A DNA stretch of 64,000 nucleotides, from assembly GCF_032191835.1 (NCBI RefSeq), contig NC_083225.1, forward strand, positions 39,432,001-39,496,000, in the 5' to 3' direction. Position numbers and translations under genes: made by a program. Below the pieces are notes generated by a model. It was not told where the DNA came from and did not search any database. It was given only the letters and a program-made list of their open reading frames with translations. Positions 61,935 through 64,000 of the stretch are shown in pieces. Position 1 is the first letter of the stretch; each line of letters opens with the position of its first letter. The DNA comes from Heteronotia binoei (lineage: Eukaryota).

Positions 61935-63430
61935 ATGGTTGCCAGCCTCCAGGCTTTTACAACTGATCTCCAGCTGGCAGAGATCAGCTCCCCTGGAGAA
62001 AATGGCTGCTTTGAAGGGTGGACTCTATGACATTGTTCCGTGCTGAGGCCCCTCCCCTCCCCTAACCCCACCCTCTTCTGGATCCACCCTCAAAGTCTCC
62101 AGGTATTTTCCAACCCAGACCTGGCAACCATGCCTTTGTTTTGGCCACCCCACTAAGTGTCTGATGAAGAGAGCTTTGATTCACGAAAGCTCCTACCCTG
62201 AAAATCTTGTCAGACTCTAAGGTGTGACTGGACTCCATTCTAACAGTTCCACTGAAGGAAGCACCAGCCCTCAGCAGGCTGCCAGCTAGACCCTTACCTA
62301 GCCAACTGGAATTTCTCTCCTGTCACCACTCTGAGCCTTGGAAGGGAACAGACATTGGATGGGGTAGGGAGAAAGGGCTTAGCCCCTAACAACAGACAGC
62401 TCAGAGTCAGCTGCCACATCCAGTCAGAAGCAACTAGGTCAACTATGGAAGCCTTGAAGGGTGAGAACGTAAGCCAGGGGGTGGGGCCTAGCTCACTCTA
62501 TAAGAAGGTCAGAGTGACTAGGACTGATTGTTGTATTCCAGGCTGGTGGCTAAGAAGTGTAGGCAACAGATACCAGTGGTAGCAAGGGGGAGATCTGAGT
62601 AATGTGGGATCTGAGCAATGCTGACAGCTAGAATTGCCAGCTCTGGGAAATACCTGAAGATTTGGGGGTGGAACCTGGGGAGGGTGGTGTTTGGGGAGGG
62701 GAGGAACCTCAGCAGTAGGGTTACCAGCCCCGAGATCTAAGCGGGAGTTCACCTGCTTTTGAGGGCTTGAACGTGTCACTGGCCAGCTAACTGGTGAGGG
62801 AAACCCCACCCCCAAACAGTGATGTCATTGTGTGACATCCCCAATGCAATTATGTCACTTCTGGGTGATGTCATCGTGCCAGGGATGTTATGTGGTGATG
62901 CTCTGGTTTTTGGGCAAAGTCTATGGTTTTGAAGTAAAAAAAAACCAGAGTTTTTGCCCCAAAACCACAGCGTTGTATGCAATGACGCCAATGCCATGAT
63001 ATCACTTCTGGATGATGTCATTGTGGCAGGGGGGTCACAACTGAAGTCCCACCCACTCCTGGAATGCCCCCCAAATCCCCCAAGGGGACCTGGCAACTGT
63101 ACTCAGCAGGGTATAATGTCATACAATCTGTCCATTGAATCTGCCAATTTTATCCAGGGAAACTGACCTCTGTCATCTGGAGATCAGTTGTAATGTTGGG
63201 AGATCTCTAGATTGGCAACCTCCAGGTGAGGCCTAGTGATTCCTCAAAATTACAATTGATCTCCAGGTGCAAGAGATCAGTTCCCCTGGTGAAAATGACT
63301 GTTTTGAGTTCTTACACCGCATAGAAATCCCTTCCCTTTCCAAACCCTGCCATTCCCAGGCTAGAGTTACTAAATTCCAGGTGGGGCGTGGAGATCTCCT
63401 GGTATTACAATTGATCTCTGGACTGGAGAT
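61935..63430. mobile_element. Cluster of TAGGGTTGCCA-family MITEs and fragments
   Basis: Copies at ~61935-62130, 62630-63110 (nested) and 63140-63430. Confidence 0.65.
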
Positions 63431-64000
63431 GTCATCTGGAGATCTTGCTTGGATGATTTGGGTAAAAGTCAGTAGGTTTAACATGTTTGGAGGTCTGTAT
63501 TCTAATCCTCTCTCAGCTTTAAACCTCTCATTGGATGACCTTGGGCCAGTCACTCTCTCTCAGCCTAGTTTGTTTTATAAGTGTTTAATAAGGATTAAAA
63601 TGGATGGAGAGAAAACTGTGTTCCCCTGACCTCCTCAGAGGAAGGGCCAGATAAAAACATGAAGACAGATTTTACCCATCAACCCCTTCCTACCTACATC
63701 ACATCTGGAGCCAACAAAAAAAATGTCTCCTTTCATCTATATTTCAGGCTATCCAGCAAGTCCATATTGAGGGACCTTGTTATTTCAATAATACAGAATG
63801 TCTTTCCCCCAGAAACTGGTTTAGCTTATGTTTCGTTTTCTCCAATTGTAATGGATTATAAATCCATTCACTAAAACAACACATATGGGAAAACAGTTTC
63901 CAAGGGAAAGATATTCTGCAGTAGTACTCTAGGCTTTTTTCTTAATTGTACTTTTTTCTTAATTGCTGCCTACACTGAATATTCCCTAGTCTTGAAGTAT

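Noticed and set aside
1-64000. Autonomous hAT transposase or intact retroelement ORF; most 60-130-aa ORFs in the track
   Set aside because: No intact transposase or RT ORF is present; the short ORFs mostly overlap MITEs or SINEs or are of chance length.

Overview
Eukaryotic (squamate, most likely gecko) genomic DNA, judged from Sauria, Squam2-like, Squam3-like and 5S-derived SINEs plus CR1, L2, L1 and BovB LINE remnants. The window is dominated by transposable elements: dozens of non-autonomous hAT-type MITEs with 8-bp target-site duplications (TSDs), foldback elements, SINEs and decayed LINE pieces, with two assembly gaps (21103-21306, 40150-40364). There is no intact transposase, reverse transcriptase or recognisable full gene. 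Four small minus-strand segments (44927-44798, 43243-43182, 42853-42756, 37049-36898) splice into one open frame and may be the 3' part of a host gene I cannot identify. The most striking object is a ~3.4-kb hAT-bounded composite element (19720-23097, perfect TSD GATCTACT). It carries a GC-rich tandem array of perfect palindromes, a 67-bp array of CR1 3' tails, a 431-bp-arm hairpin and tandem ETS-CRE motifs. A second hairpin-rich composite lies at 48480-50076. Repeat family names come from recalled consensus features, not a database search.
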